In this document: positions 30,011 through 41,974 of the stretch, one piece after another
How the letters are laid out: each line of letters starts with the position of its first letter
How positions within the stretch are numbered: the stretch's first letter is position 1
NCBI RefSeq assembly: GCF_000143415.4
Contig: NW_003314305.1
Coordinates: forward strand, 1,028,027 to 1,092,026
DNA: 64,000 nt
Direction: 5' to 3'
Origin: Selaginella moellendorffii
Taxonomy: Eukaryota > Plantae > Lycopodiophyta
Made by a program: the position numbers and the translations under genes
Notes under the pieces: generated by a model
The model's database searches: none
Told to the model about the DNA's origin: nothing
Seen by the model: only the letters and a program-made list of their open reading frames with translations

Positions 30011-32939
30011 GCCTAAGGTTTTGGCGGGAATATCCAAAGTTATTTGACAAGTTAAAAAGTTGGATCATTCTTCGTATTCGCCCCGCTGTTCTGATGTAAC
30101 GCACCCATGGCAATGCTTGGTAGCCACTCTTCTCAATGATCTTCAAATTGCAAACCTGGAACGAATTAAAACAAATTCAAACTCAAATGAAAAGCCTTGG
30201 ATCTTTTAGCTCAACACCTGAATCCGTGAAGGAACGTACCAAACCAGGGCTTAATATTGGCCAACTACTAAAAAAAAACTTGACTAGTAAAAGTTTTTTT
30301 AGTGGTTGAGTTTGTAATTAAAATTGTCATTTGAATACAAATAAAAAATCTAACTAGTAGCAGCTTTAAAGAGGCTCTAGTGTTAATTTAATGTTGTTCT
30401 GCAACAAAAACCTCACTCACATGAAGCAGTATTTGTAGGGACAACCTGCTGTTTACATGATGTTTTAGTTCCAGTTTCTAGTGATGCAGTTGAGTGTGAA
30501 AACCTCAAACATATGTCTTTGTTTACCCATATCTTTAATAAGCTCTTCAATAAATGATACAATTGTGTTTTGCCAAATCCTGCTGGGAGTAAAACACTAA
30601 CTTAAATATGGATTGGATTCAATCTAATCCATTCATTCTTGGATCTAAATAAATAAAAGTTTTATGTGAAATTAAGCTAAAGTTATTTAATAAAGGCTAC
30701 CAAAAGAGTCCCAGGTCTTGAACAAGCCTTGAACTATCTTCTTATCAAAGATTTGATACAGGAACAGTAAAGGTATTACCTTTTGCCTCTGTTGGAGTTA
30801 ACAAAAACCCTATAAGTATATGCAGTAAAAAGAATGGTCCTAAGAGTTGCAAATATGACATTGCTCGTCAAAAACCTCCCCACACCCTAGTTAAATCCAC
30901 ATAGCATGTATTTAAAATGTCAAGCTCAAAATCTGTTGCTACTCTTCAGCCTTAGTATAAGCTCTCAAATTCCCACATTTCTGGAGGATTGCTACAAAGT
31001 AGAAAGAAAAAAATGTGGTCAAGTTTCTTAGTTGATCCGCTCAACCCAAATGCCTATTAGAGCTCCTTGCAACCTTGCAAGCATGCCCACTTGATTGTTA
31101 ATTGATACAATGAAGCAGTATTCAGCTAAATTGACCTGATCAACAAAGGAACAAGACTATTTGACCCACTTGTGGGGAGGCAAAGTTTATTTATGAAAGA
31201 ATGCTATGTTTAGTTGTATGAACAATTACTGTCACAACTTTTTCCAAGTATGGTAATATACTTTGACATAAATGAGTCTTGTTTCTCATACCAAAGAAGG
31301 TAAAGAAGAGGTGAGGGTGTTTTTTAGACTCTTACCAGTGTTCTCTATGGTAGACAAAGTGTGTTTGACTGTTTATCATTTTGTTTGAATCAATGATAAT
31401 TTCTCTTTGATAAATTATTGAGTTTAAATTGTGATAGAATATCTAACTTTACTTTTAAAAGTTTAGTATACATGTTAGGGTTTGCATATACCTCAATTTT
31501 ATAGGGTGCCCCCACTTTGTCTTTTCAAGTAAAAACAAAGCTTTCATAGTAAAGTTATTTTTAATCCATTTTTATTGCAAAATAATATTTAATAGGAAAT
31601 TATCCACAAAAATTGACTGTTTCATTATATTAACTCTTTATTAACATATTTAAATTAACTTCTAAAAAGATTTTTCAAGATTTTCATTTAGTAGTGTAAT
31701 TATCTTATAAGAACTTATAATTTTAAATAAATTAGTTTCAAAGTGTATTCATTTTTAGTTTAGATCTCCATATAAAAGCTTGTCTATTTTTGTTAAATAC
31801 AGCTATATAACTTGTATTTTCTACACAACATGAAAATGTTATAAATTATTAGACCATATAACAATATATTTTCTATCATAAATTACAAGATTCGTATCTT
31901 TTTGTATATAAAGAAAACATTCAATACCTTTTTTTGATGTTTCAGTTTTTCATATTAAAATCTTTCATAATAGAGAACATTACAGTTGAATTGTATATAT
32001 AAAATATACATTTGATTTGGTGATTGAAGAAAATCTTCTTTGCGAAGGCAAGAAAAATAAAAATAATTTGCTCCACTTTTTATACCAGTTTTATGAATTA
32101 AAAAATATTTTATTTCATCTAAATTTTTTTTAATAGTAAACTATTGTTTTAAAAANNNNNNNNNNNNNNNNNNNNNNNNNNNNNNNNNNNNNNNNNNNNN
32201 NNNNNNNNNNNNNNNNNNNNNNNNNNNNNNNNNNNNNNNNNNNNNNNNNNNNNNNNNNNNNNNNNNNNNNNNNNNNNNNNNNNNNNNNNNNNNNNNNNNN
32301 AAACTTTTTTGTAGTGATTTACCTTTATTTATTAATAAAACTAAATAATATAATATCATAATATATTATAATTTGCTTTTAGTCTTGTATATCAAGAGCA
32401 ATTATTGTTATAAGTAAACTGATATGTTGTTGATCCATAAATATCTCTTTTCTTTTACCCAATGAGCTCTCAAATAGGAATGAAATCATTTTTTCTAGAA
32501 TACACACACACACACACACACAAAGATATATATATATATATATATATACTTATATATATTCACTATCAATGTAATACAATTATCTTTTATTAACATGATT
32601 TTAACAAAAAGACATCTAAAGAAAGACATGTTGCTATAATAAGTGCAAAACCTTATAAAAAATAAAGGTTGTCGTAGCTAGTACGCTATTCTGGTTTTCA
32701 TTTTTGAAAACTAGTCTAGCTTCTTACAACTGCCGCTGTCAAGTTATCAAGCCCAATGCTTTGAGAGTTTCCAGATGAGACAGGCAGTGGGCCAACGTTT
32801 TGTGCGGAGTTGGGCCTTGATCAAGCGTCACCGTTGAATCTCAAGGGAGCTAGCGTTGAATCCCAAGTCAATTCTTTCATTTTCATACTATTAAGATCAT
32901 GTGAGCCTGATAGCTATTATTTACGGACTTCACAACATC

Positions 32940-34361
32940 TCATTCCTGCTTGTTCTCATTTTCCTCTTTCTTTGCAGCCTGCTCCTTTCGATCCTGGAGA
33001 GCCTCAATCACTTTCTCTAGAGCCCCTCTCGAGTTCCCCCTGTTCTGGATCAACACCTCTGCGATATCAGCAGGAGTGATCTCAACCTTGGCCATCAGCT
33101 CCTCGATCTCTCCAAACTCCTCCTCAAACTGCTCCTGTTGCGAGATTTCAAGGTGAGTCCACGCCAGCACCTTGAACGCCTCAAATCCACAGTAGCCCAT
33201 GAAAATGTGGAGGTCCATCCTGCCGGACCTCAACAACGCAGGGTCTAGATCCTCCTTGTGGTTGGTCGTGAAGATGATGATCCTCTCACTCCCGCTACAA
33301 GACCACAGCCCATCGATGAAATTCAGTAGCCCCGAAAGTGTGACCCTGCTGCTCTCTTGCTCCTTTTTCTTGTTTTTCTTCTCGGACTCTCCATCTTTCT
33401 CCTCGGTTTCTTCCTCCGGTGCCGGCTTCCCCCTCTTCTTGAGCTCCAGCGAGCAGTCGATGTCCTCGATCACGATGATCGCCTTGTTGGAAATCCCCAT
33501 GAGCAGCTTTCTCAAGTCTGCATTGCTCTGCACCTCCGTCAGCTCCATATCGTAGACATCATACTGCGTGTAGTTCGCAATGGCAGCGATGAGTGACGAC
33601 TTCCCAGTCCCCGGAGGCCCGTACAAGAGATACCCACGCTTCCAAGCTCTGCCAACCCGCTCAAAGAAATCCTTTCCAGCTTTGAACGAGTCCAGGTCCT
33701 GGATGATCTTGTTCTTGAGCTCGGGATCCAGCGCCAGGCTCGAGAAAGTCGAGGCATGCTTGAAAGGCACCGATCTCCACGGCTTGTCCCTGTAGACCCA
33801 CTCGCGTGAGTTTGCCATGTTGGTGTAGAGCTGCCGGTCTTGGTTCTGTCGCTTCAAGCTCTCCCCGAGCTTGATAACTTCCCTCATGTACTCCGGCAAG
33901 AGTGTATACATGTGCCTCCTGTGAACTTGGACAACGTACGCTCGGCGTGTTCCTCCACTTCGATCAAAATAGCTGAAGCCTTCACGGTTGGACGGCTCGC
34001 TGACGTTGAAGACCCAGGAGAATGTCACCCCTTTGAAGTTGTCCTCCACTCGCTCGCCCCTGGCGAGGTTGCAATTCGGCTTGCTAGCGTTCTTCACTCG
34101 TGTGAACTGGATCCTGTTTGCCGAGCTCTTGGTGTTGGTCTCGGTGAGATGTGCGACGTAGAGGTCGACCAGGTCGTAAATCTCGTTGCTGTTGTTGCGG
34201 ACGTATTCGGGAACTGAGAGCGCTGTCTCCCACCAGAGCCAGGATACCAGCCTCCTGAGCCTGAGCTCCAGAAGGAACCAGATGTGAGAAGGAACTATCT
34301 GCTTGAGAATCATGATGAAGCCCATGAGAGAACCGAGATGGGCGAAGTAGCCGCCTGCCAT
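32940..34361 (-). CDS. BCS1-like plant AAA-ATPase (ASD/OM66-type), intronless CDS
   Basis: N-terminal hydrophobic segment, AAA-associated region, RGYLLYGPPGTGKSS, IVIEDIDC, TLSGLLNFIDGLWS, FTTNH, DPALLRSGRMD. Confidence 0.95.
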   Translation of the reverse strand: MAGGYFAHLGSLMGFIMILKQIVPSHIWFLLELRLRRLVSWLWWETALSVPEYVRNNSNEIYDLVDLYVAHLTETNTKSSANRIQFTRVKNASKPNCNLARGERVEDNFKGVTFSWVFNVSEPSNREGFSYFDRSGGTRRAYVVQVHRRHMYTLLPEYMREVIKLGESLKRQNQDRQLYTNMANSREWVYRDKPWRSVPFKHASTFSSLALDPELKNKIIQDLDSFKAGKDFFERVGRAWKRGYLLYGPPGTGKSSLIAAIANYTQYDVYDMELTEVQSNADLRKLLMGISNKAIIVIEDIDCSLELKKRGKPAPEEETEEKDGESEKKNKKKEQESSRVTLSGLLNFIDGLWSCSGSERIIIFTTNHKEDLDPALLRSGRMDLHIFMGYCGFEAFKVLAWTHLEISQQEQFEEEFGEIEELMAKVEITPADIAEVLIQNRGNSRGALEKVIEALQDRKEQAAKKEENENKQE

Positions 34362-34855
34362 CTTGCTCTGTTTCTGCTGCTGCGAGAATGAGAAAAATCC
34401 GACCTCCACCCCCCCCTCTTATATTCTAGCGTGCGAGTTCCTACGTCATGTTCAAGATGCCTTCAGTCAGAGAAGTTGCCAGTCATAGCGAAGATCACAT
34501 AACTTGTTGAAGAAGCTCCAAACTGGGGTCAAGATGTAAGTGTCAGTGACCAAGACTTTGAACTGTTCCCAGTCCAAGAAAATGCGAGCTCGTTCCAAGT
34601 TACTCAAATGCTAGATCCTTCGAGAAGATTGATGCAAAGGGAACCTTGTCCATGCTCTTGGTATCTCGCCACACAAAACACCACTCCAGCTTGCGTAACC
34701 AATCTTGAAGTTGAAAAGACTGTCAGTAAATGTAACACTAAAGTAGAAAAGCAAAAAGTGAGACAAGGCTGCATTTGTACCTTCTTACTGTACCAAACAG
34801 GATACATACATACAGTGGAAAGCCCAAGAAAAACGAAACCTTTACCGAGGAACTT

Positions 34856-36230
34856 CTACCCGTCATCTCTTCGTTCCGAGCTGTTGTGAATGATATTGAA
34901 CTTGCATAGCGGGCATGTCGCGTTGATTCTCAACCACTTGTCTATGCAAGAACAGTGGAAGTGGTGATTGCAAGGAAGCTCCCGGAGCTCAACTCCATCG
35001 TCATATGGAGAGAGACAGATGCAGCATTCCTGGTCCATGGAAATGGTCAAGTCCTTTCCGAAAAGGAACGATTGCCTTACCGCATCTTCCGAAGACAAGC
35101 CTCGTTCAGAGCTAGGATCCGACGAACCAACCAGCGCCATGATGCCACCGAGGGAAGGAGCTTTGTCCGCTTTCTCAATAATGCATGTATCGATGGACCC
35201 AGAGCGACGAAACTTGAATCTGGGAATGAGATTGATGTCTTCTTCCGACGCACCCTCCTGGAACGTGAAAAAGATTTCTTTCTAGTTCCTCATAAAAAAA
35301 AATACAAAAGCTGTTAAAGCAGTAGATCTCACCTGGTCCGCGACGGCATATAATATTGCAATGATGCACGGCAGGCAGCAGCATACGGCAATCCCAATAA
35401 CACATGCGAGCGCTACGCAAAACACGACAAAAAAGACATCAAACGCTAGAAAAACCACTGAAAGCCTGCAAGAAGAACTCCGTTAGTAGCCTCCAAAAGA
35501 CCAACCGAAAACCATACCAGTAAAGACGTGGAGAGTGCTGCGTGAGAGCTTGACCACCGGCAGTGATCCAGTAGAATCCAATCACCCACCAAACAAAGGA
35601 AAACATCGTATTGGCAGACTCTAGTCGCTTTGATAAACTGCTCGCAAAGAAAGAAAGAAAAAGTTAGAACAGACAAGAGAAAGAGCTACGAATAGCTTAC
35701 CTGACTTGCTCAACCAAGCTCTCTTCTTCGCTAGACTGAGCCTCCATGTCGATCTCAGACTCCGAGCCAGCGGACAAATGCCCCACAGTGTTCTCGGCGG
35801 GACCACTTCCTCCACGAAGAATCCTTCTCCTCCTCCTCCTATACTCCGAGCAAACGCACACCATATGGACGAGGCACTGCACCGCATAGCCCACGATCCA
35901 CACCCTGAGAGGAGTCTCTGGACGCTCCTCCTTGCTATTGACGAGCACGGCCACTGCTACCACCACGAATGCCAGATTCCACATCAAGTCGAGGACCACC
36001 ACCGGCCGCGAGTAGGCCCAATCGCTCTGCCGCTCCTCCAGCTGCTCCGCCGCGGTCTGGCGGACGAGCATCGACGGCTCGCGCATCGGCCGCCGCCCTG
36101 TGGCCTGCCGCAAATACCTAGCAGCGCCATGGACTGCTCTCCTGTGCCCTGGCGCCAAGGATCGCGAGGAATCGGCGTTGATCGCCCCATTCGATCCCAG
36201 GAGTGGAGCTACGTGATCCGTCGACTCCAT
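34856..36230 (-). CDS. Transmembrane RING-H2 E3 ubiquitin ligase (At1g63170/At4g11680-like)
   Basis: [33 protein letters not shown]; TM segments; [32 protein letters not shown]. Confidence 0.93.
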
Positions 36231-36388
36231 ATTTCGAGCAATCGATCGATCTACACAGCGCCAGTACCTGGAATCCTTGCCGGAGCGCGCATAGCGCGAA
36301 AAACCCTAACCCTTGGGAAGCTGGACGCTTGTGGTAATGCCATGTAGCGCATGGATGGGAATAAAAAATCGACGGTGGTGGATCTTCT

Positions 36389-38973
36389 TCATTGAATTCT
36401 ACGCGAGAGGATTTGCCAGAGCGCAGCGGTGGAGAGAAGATTCACGATCGAAGTGGCCATTATCTGGAGAGCAAGAGAGAGAGTGAGAGAGATCTAGAGA
36501 ACCAAGTAGAGATTTTCCACATACCAAGCCACTGGGACCGAGATTAAGTTTTGCAACGAGCACCCAGTCCAAGAGAGCGTTCGCGAAGATGGCAGCCAAG
36601 CTCACGTAAAATGGAGCCTGGCCATCGCCGAGACCGTAGAAAACGCGCACAAGGAGGTCGCGAAGCAAGTAGAACGTAGAGCCCAACGCATCTAAGATCG
36701 ATCGAAGAAGAAAAGATGAAAACCAGCGGTCCAAACGAGAAAAAATGGAGAACTTACAGTGCTTGACGAGCGATGATACGGCTTGAGCGGCGGAGTCGTC
36801 GAATGCGTAGCGCTGGAAGAGAGCTCGGACGATTGGTTTTGCGAGAGGGATCGCGAGAGCGGTCATTGGAAGCGTGAGCGCCATGCAAAGCGTGATGCCT
36901 TGGTGGATCTTAGCTCGAAGTTCTGGCCAGTTCGAAGGCTTTTCTTCGAGTCTCTCTAGAGAACGTAAAAACTAGACGAGCGTACCTGTGAAAGCTTGGA
37001 GAAAACTGGAACGAGTGGTAACAGGACCGCGCTGGAGATGATTCCCAAGGGAGCCATGACGAGAAGATTTGCATCTGGTAGAAGTTTCGTTAGAAGATCT
37101 CAAAGTTTTGATATTTGTTTTTCGCGAGCTTACATCCGAGAGCTGCAGCAGCGTTTGGAAAGTATGATGCAAAGTAAAGGTCTGTGTAAGTAGCGAGCTG
37201 AAGCATTCCGGAGGATATGGTCGCAGGCATCATAAGTAACAACACCTGAGAGCGAAGACATGAAAGACTATATAGCAAAAATAAAACTTCATACCTCCTT
37301 GACATCTTTGTCTGCAAAAGGATTTTCCCATCTCAAAACTACACGACCTCGATCATCTTGAGCAAAGATCTGATTGATCCGAAAGAAAAGCTTAAATGCG
37401 AGAACTATCGAAAGAGTTGATACCAACCTGCAAAAGCCATTGAGCCAAAGCTCCCACTGTCGAGGCCAAAGCGAGTAAAACACCTCCTGTCAAGTACCAA
37501 AAACGAAGCTTTTGTACGAATCGACTTTCAAGCTCAAGGCAATGCAGCAAACCATTCATTAAGTTCAAAGGATCGCAAAGCTTGCAGTGAATCGCAGCCT
37601 GCATGGAGCCAAGAATACAGTCAAGAATACACGAATCTCTTGTCTTGTAACCAAAACTTACAGCGAGAATGATCGATATGCTTGATAGAGCAGGACTCAA
37701 GGATGCAATCCCGTATCTTCCCGAGGCACTGCACACGAAAACCCATTCCAAAGTTTGGCTACAAACTGGACGTGAAAGCTTGGTACCTCAAACTTCCATA
37801 GCCAATTCCCATCAAGCACGCGAGTGTTACACAAGGCGCCATGATTCTCAGCTGGATCAAGAGGATGGTTTTTGCAACTTGAGAGTTTTTCTTCTTCCGA
37901 AGCTACCTGAAGTATAGCCATGCTTCTCGTGATCAATCCACCGCTTGTTTTCAATAACAATCTGTTTGGAAAGCTTTTGAGATTCTACGACAGAAAGGAA
38001 TGCTGAAAACTTACCCTGGTGCGATTGCATCAATAAGAAAAGCCGCTAATGTGTACATGAGAATGCCAAGGCTCAAAGATATCTGATAAAAAAGAGGATG
38101 GTGTTAAAGTAGGGGAAAAACAAATACTTGTTTTCATTTACCACAAACATGGCATGCGAAGTTCTTCCAATGACTTCTCGTTTTCTGTCTTCTTCAGAGA
38201 TCTTGCTACGAGACCAAAAGAGGAAGAAAAAAAAATGAAAACAATGAACTTAAAGAAACTCGAAACATACCTTAAGGCCGATACCATTGCTATGTGGATT
38301 GGTCCATTGATTCCTGTCAGAATTAACGGTGAGTTTTTCTTGATGATTCAGCTAGAAACTATATACCTCCAAGGATTGTCAGAAAAAATCCTGGTACAAT
38401 GGACGCATATCTACAAAATTTCGAACTGAGCAAAGAGAACCATGAACTCGATGCATACCCGAACGCATCTACGACAGGACCAACACCAAATACAGCAGCA
38501 AGAACAAGCTCACGAACTAATCCCTGCAAAGGGGTGAAAAGAAAAAACTCAAAAGTCTTGCAAAGAATGAAAAACATTTTTAACACGAGAGGGATACAAC
38601 AAGACTTACCAGGACTTTGCTAAGAGCAGTAGCACTTCCAATCACTCCCGCTAGCTTCAAAAAGTTACCACCACCACCTGAGAAGAAAACAATCTCGAGA
38701 AGAAACGAACAAAGAAAAGAAGAAAAACCTTTGGAGTCATTCTCGTTGAGCTCAAACAAAGACGTAGCACGAATCCTTTGCGAGAGTCTTCGTTTCCAGC
38801 ATAGCTGGGCACTTCGTTTGCCGGAAACTAAAAGCCCACTTGAGAGGGAGGCCTTCCTACCGAGAAACAAGCAGCCTACACAAGAATGTAAGCTTTTCCC
38901 CCCATTTCTATTTCTTCTTACCTGGGCACTGACGAAGCGATCCATTCGAGAGAAAGAGCCACAAGTCGCTCAT
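36389..38973 (-). CDS. murJ: Lipid II flippase MurJ/MviN, cyanobacterial type, probably plastid-targeted; many short exons
   Basis: Spliced ATALSKVLGLVRELVLAAVFGVG..DAF, ILGGINGPIH, MMPATISSGMLQLATYTDLYFAS, LFQRYAFD, LRDLLVRVFYGLGD; Ser/Arg-rich N-terminal extension; start uncertain (38973 or 38945). Confidence 0.88.
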
Positions 38974-39068
38974 CTCAAGAGGGTTTTGGACATCAAAGCC
39001 TAACGAACAAAAACGAGAAATGTGCTATGTCGATCATTAAGAGAGTTTACTGATTGAATAAGATGTAA

Positions 39069-39142
39069 GAGATGGTGGCTCATTTGGTCAGCGCTTAGCT
39101 CCTTAGAAATCCTAAGGTCGAGAGTTCGAGCATCTCACCCCA
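39069..39142 (+). pseudogene. tRNA-Met (elongator)-like pseudogene
   Basis: ..TGGTGGCTCATTTGGTCAGCGCTTAG..ATCCTAAGGTCGAGAGTTCGAGCATCTCACCCCA resembles plant tRNA-Met(e); anticodon arm and stems broken. Confidence 0.7.
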
Positions 39143-39216
39143 CTTTAAGAAAGAATTTTATTATAGTTAAATGTTGGTTTAATTACGATTAGTGCAATGT
39201 TTAGGGTATTTTATTT

Positions 39217-40644
39217 TTACCCCTCTTCTCCCTCTTTCTTCGCCCCCTGCTCCATTCGATCCCGAAGAGCCTCAATCACTTTCTCTAGAGCCCCTCTCGA
39301 GTTCCCCCTGTTCTGGATCAACGCCTCCGCGATATCAGCAGGAGTGATCTCAACCTTGGCGATCAGCTCCTCGATCTCTCCAAACTCCTTCTCAAACTCG
39401 CCCTGCTGCGAGATCTCAAGGTGAGTCCACGCCAGCACCTTGAACGCCTCAAATCCACAGTAGCCCATCAAAATGTGAAGGTCCATCCTGCCCGACCGCA
39501 GCAGTGCGGGATCCAGATCTTCCTTGTGATTTGTCGTAAAGATGATGATCCTCTCGCTCCCGCTACAAGACCACAGCCCATCGATGAAATTCAGTAGCCC
39601 CGAGAGTGTGACCCTGCTGCTCTCTTCATCTTTCTTCTTGGCTTTCTTCCCTGGCAACGCTCCATCGTTCTCCTTGGACTCTTCCCTGGTTTCTTCCTCC
39701 GGCGCTGGCTTTCCCCTTTTCTTGAGCTCCAGCGAGCAGTCAATGTCCTCGATCACGATAATCGCCTTGTTGGAAATCCCCATGAGCAGCTTCCTCAAGT
39801 CGGCATTGCTCTTCACCTCCGTCAGCTCCATGTCATAGACATCGTACTGCGTGTAGTTTGCTATGGCAGCGATGAGTGACGACTTCCCAGTCCCCGGAGG
39901 CCCGTATAAGAGATACCCGCGCTTCCAAGCCCTCCCAACTCTCTCAAAGAAATCCTTACCAGCCATGAAGGAATCCAGGTCCTGGACGATCTTGTTCTTG
40001 AGCTCGGGATCCAGCGCCAGGCTCGAGAACGTCGAGGCATGCTTGAAAGGCACCGATCTCCACGGCTGGTTCCTGTAGTCGTCCGAGCTTCCTATGTTGG
40101 TGTAGAGCTGCCGGTCTTGGTTCTGGTGCTTCAAGCTCTCTCCGAGCTTGATCACTTCCCTCATGTACTCGGGCAAGAGTGTATACTTGTGCCTCCTGTG
40201 AACTTGGACAACGTACTCTCGCTGTGTTCCTCCACTTCGATCAAAATAGCTGAAGCCTCCGCCGTTGGAGGGCTCGGTGACGTTGAAGACCCAGGAGAAT
40301 GTGACGCCTTTGAACTTGTCCTCCACTCGCTCGCCCCTGGTGAGGTTGCAATTCGGCTTGCTGGCGTTCTTCACTCGCGTGAACTGGATCCTGTTTGCCG
40401 AGCTCTTGGTGTTGGTGTCGGTGAGGTGAGCAACGTAGAGGTCGACCAGGTCGTAGATCTCGTTGGTGTTGTTGCGGACGTACTCTGGGATTGAGAGCTC
40501 TGTCTCCCACCATAGCAAAGTGACAAACCTCTTGAGCTTGAGCTCCAGAAGGAACCAGACGTGGCGCGGAACTATCTGGTTGAGGATCATGATGAAGCCC
40601 ATGAGAGAACCGAGATGGGAGAAATACCCCCCTGCCATTGCCAT
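39217..40644 (-). CDS. BCS1-like plant AAA-ATPase (copy 3, more diverged)
   Basis: 475-aa intact ORF with all AAA motifs. Confidence 0.95.
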   Translation of the reverse strand: MAMAGGYFSHLGSLMGFIMILNQIVPRHVWFLLELKLKRFVTLLWWETELSIPEYVRNNTNEIYDLVDLYVAHLTDTNTKSSANRIQFTRVKNASKPNCNLTRGERVEDKFKGVTFSWVFNVTEPSNGGGFSYFDRSGGTQREYVVQVHRRHKYTLLPEYMREVIKLGESLKHQNQDRQLYTNIGSSDDYRNQPWRSVPFKHASTFSSLALDPELKNKIVQDLDSFMAGKDFFERVGRAWKRGYLLYGPPGTGKSSLIAAIANYTQYDVYDMELTEVKSNADLRKLLMGISNKAIIVIEDIDCSLELKKRGKPAPEEETREESKENDGALPGKKAKKKDEESSRVTLSGLLNFIDGLWSCSGSERIIIFTTNHKEDLDPALLRSGRMDLHILMGYCGFEAFKVLAWTHLEISQQGEFEKEFGEIEELIAKVEITPADIAEALIQNRGNSRGALEKVIEALRDRMEQGAKKEGEEG

Positions 40645-41974
40645 CTTGCTCGGCTGCTGCTGCTGCTGCTGCGAGAATGAGAAAAATCTGACCTTGCCAC
40701 CTCACTCTTATTCTGGTGAACATTCCCTTCAAGAACAAGAGCCAGCTTCCGCGAAAGTCTGAGAACTCTTCTCGTCAAGCTCACCGCCTAAGTCACGACG
40801 CTGCTCCAGTCAGCGATGTTGACGCCAAAGGAAGAGACGAGGAAAATTCTTTGTCAGTAGAAAAATCAACCGAGATTATACCTGTAAAAACACCTCATCA
40901 GTGTTAAAAAGGATTCTCAAGTTACAAAGAGTCTTATTATCGTAGAAGTGGTGGTGATTTGAAAGAACCAAAGTGAGTAAAAGCTATCAAAAAGCAATGG
41001 TGTCGTCACTGAAACACATCTCCCTGCAAAACGATTTAATTGACAATTGTTTTTTCTTTTCTTATTTGTTTGAGAATCTATGAATGAAGCCCTTAAATGC
41101 TGTTATGTGACTACATAACTTGTTTTCAAACTTTTTTTTATAGAAAGATCAATAATACACACACACATATATGTACATATAGACATATATGTATACATAT
41201 ACATATACATATACATATATATACTCAAACATATATATACAGAAAAAAACACACACACACACACATCATATTATGACATTCTATAAAATGTAAAGCAACT
41301 TTATTGAAAATCTCCTTCTAAAGCTGCTCATTTGTTAAGTACAACCTAAGGGCATTAAGAGCTAAAAGCTAGAAAAAAACAAGAGTGAAAATGAGCTTAA
41401 TTTAGCTATGACACTCTTCAAAAACACTTTGTCTCTTCGTAAAACCTACCTCAAATAAATGACACTTTCTATCTCCCAAAACTTGTTTATGTCCACTTTG
41501 ATAAGGTTAAACTCTTTTGTAAAGTTATTTTAGAGATTTTTCCCTCCCATGTCTCGCAATAATATACATGTCATAAATTACCAAAGTAGCTTTTGACATT
41601 AAAAGGTGGCTAAATATATATGCTATTCTTGGAAAAACAACCCCCAATATTAGAATTTCACATTTTGAGATAGTAAAGAACACTAGTAGTAACAAAAAAC
41701 AACAACAAATAACAACGCCTTACTATATAATTACTATAATTGCATTGATTTATACACATTAGCCACAAAATGCTAACATGCATTTGCTTCTCCATCATTT
41801 CCGGATCAAATAAATGTAATGCTTATTTTGTATTACATTGTGAAGTCTGTTGGTTCAACTTAAAAGATTTACTATATAACATAGCTTATACCCTACCCAG
41901 GCTTAGTTGCTTTTATGTTGATGAGATTCCCCAATTCTTTGCAAATCTTCTACAAATCTTTTAACTTGTAAATA

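Noticed and set aside
34436-34450. TGACG sites upstream of AAA-ATPases as a TGA regulon
   Set aside because: A 5-mer expected by chance and not positionally conserved between copies
36389-38973. Bacterial contamination or recent horizontal transfer of murJ
   Set aside because: Many spliceosomal introns, a transit-like extension and plant neighbours; endosymbiotic origin is simpler
32810-40907. Many antisense ORFs over the AAA, RING and MurJ genes
   Set aside because: Shadow frames of GC-rich coding exons
41155-41270. TA/CA microsatellites (also ~23005 and ~32502)
   Set aside because: Ordinary simple repeats
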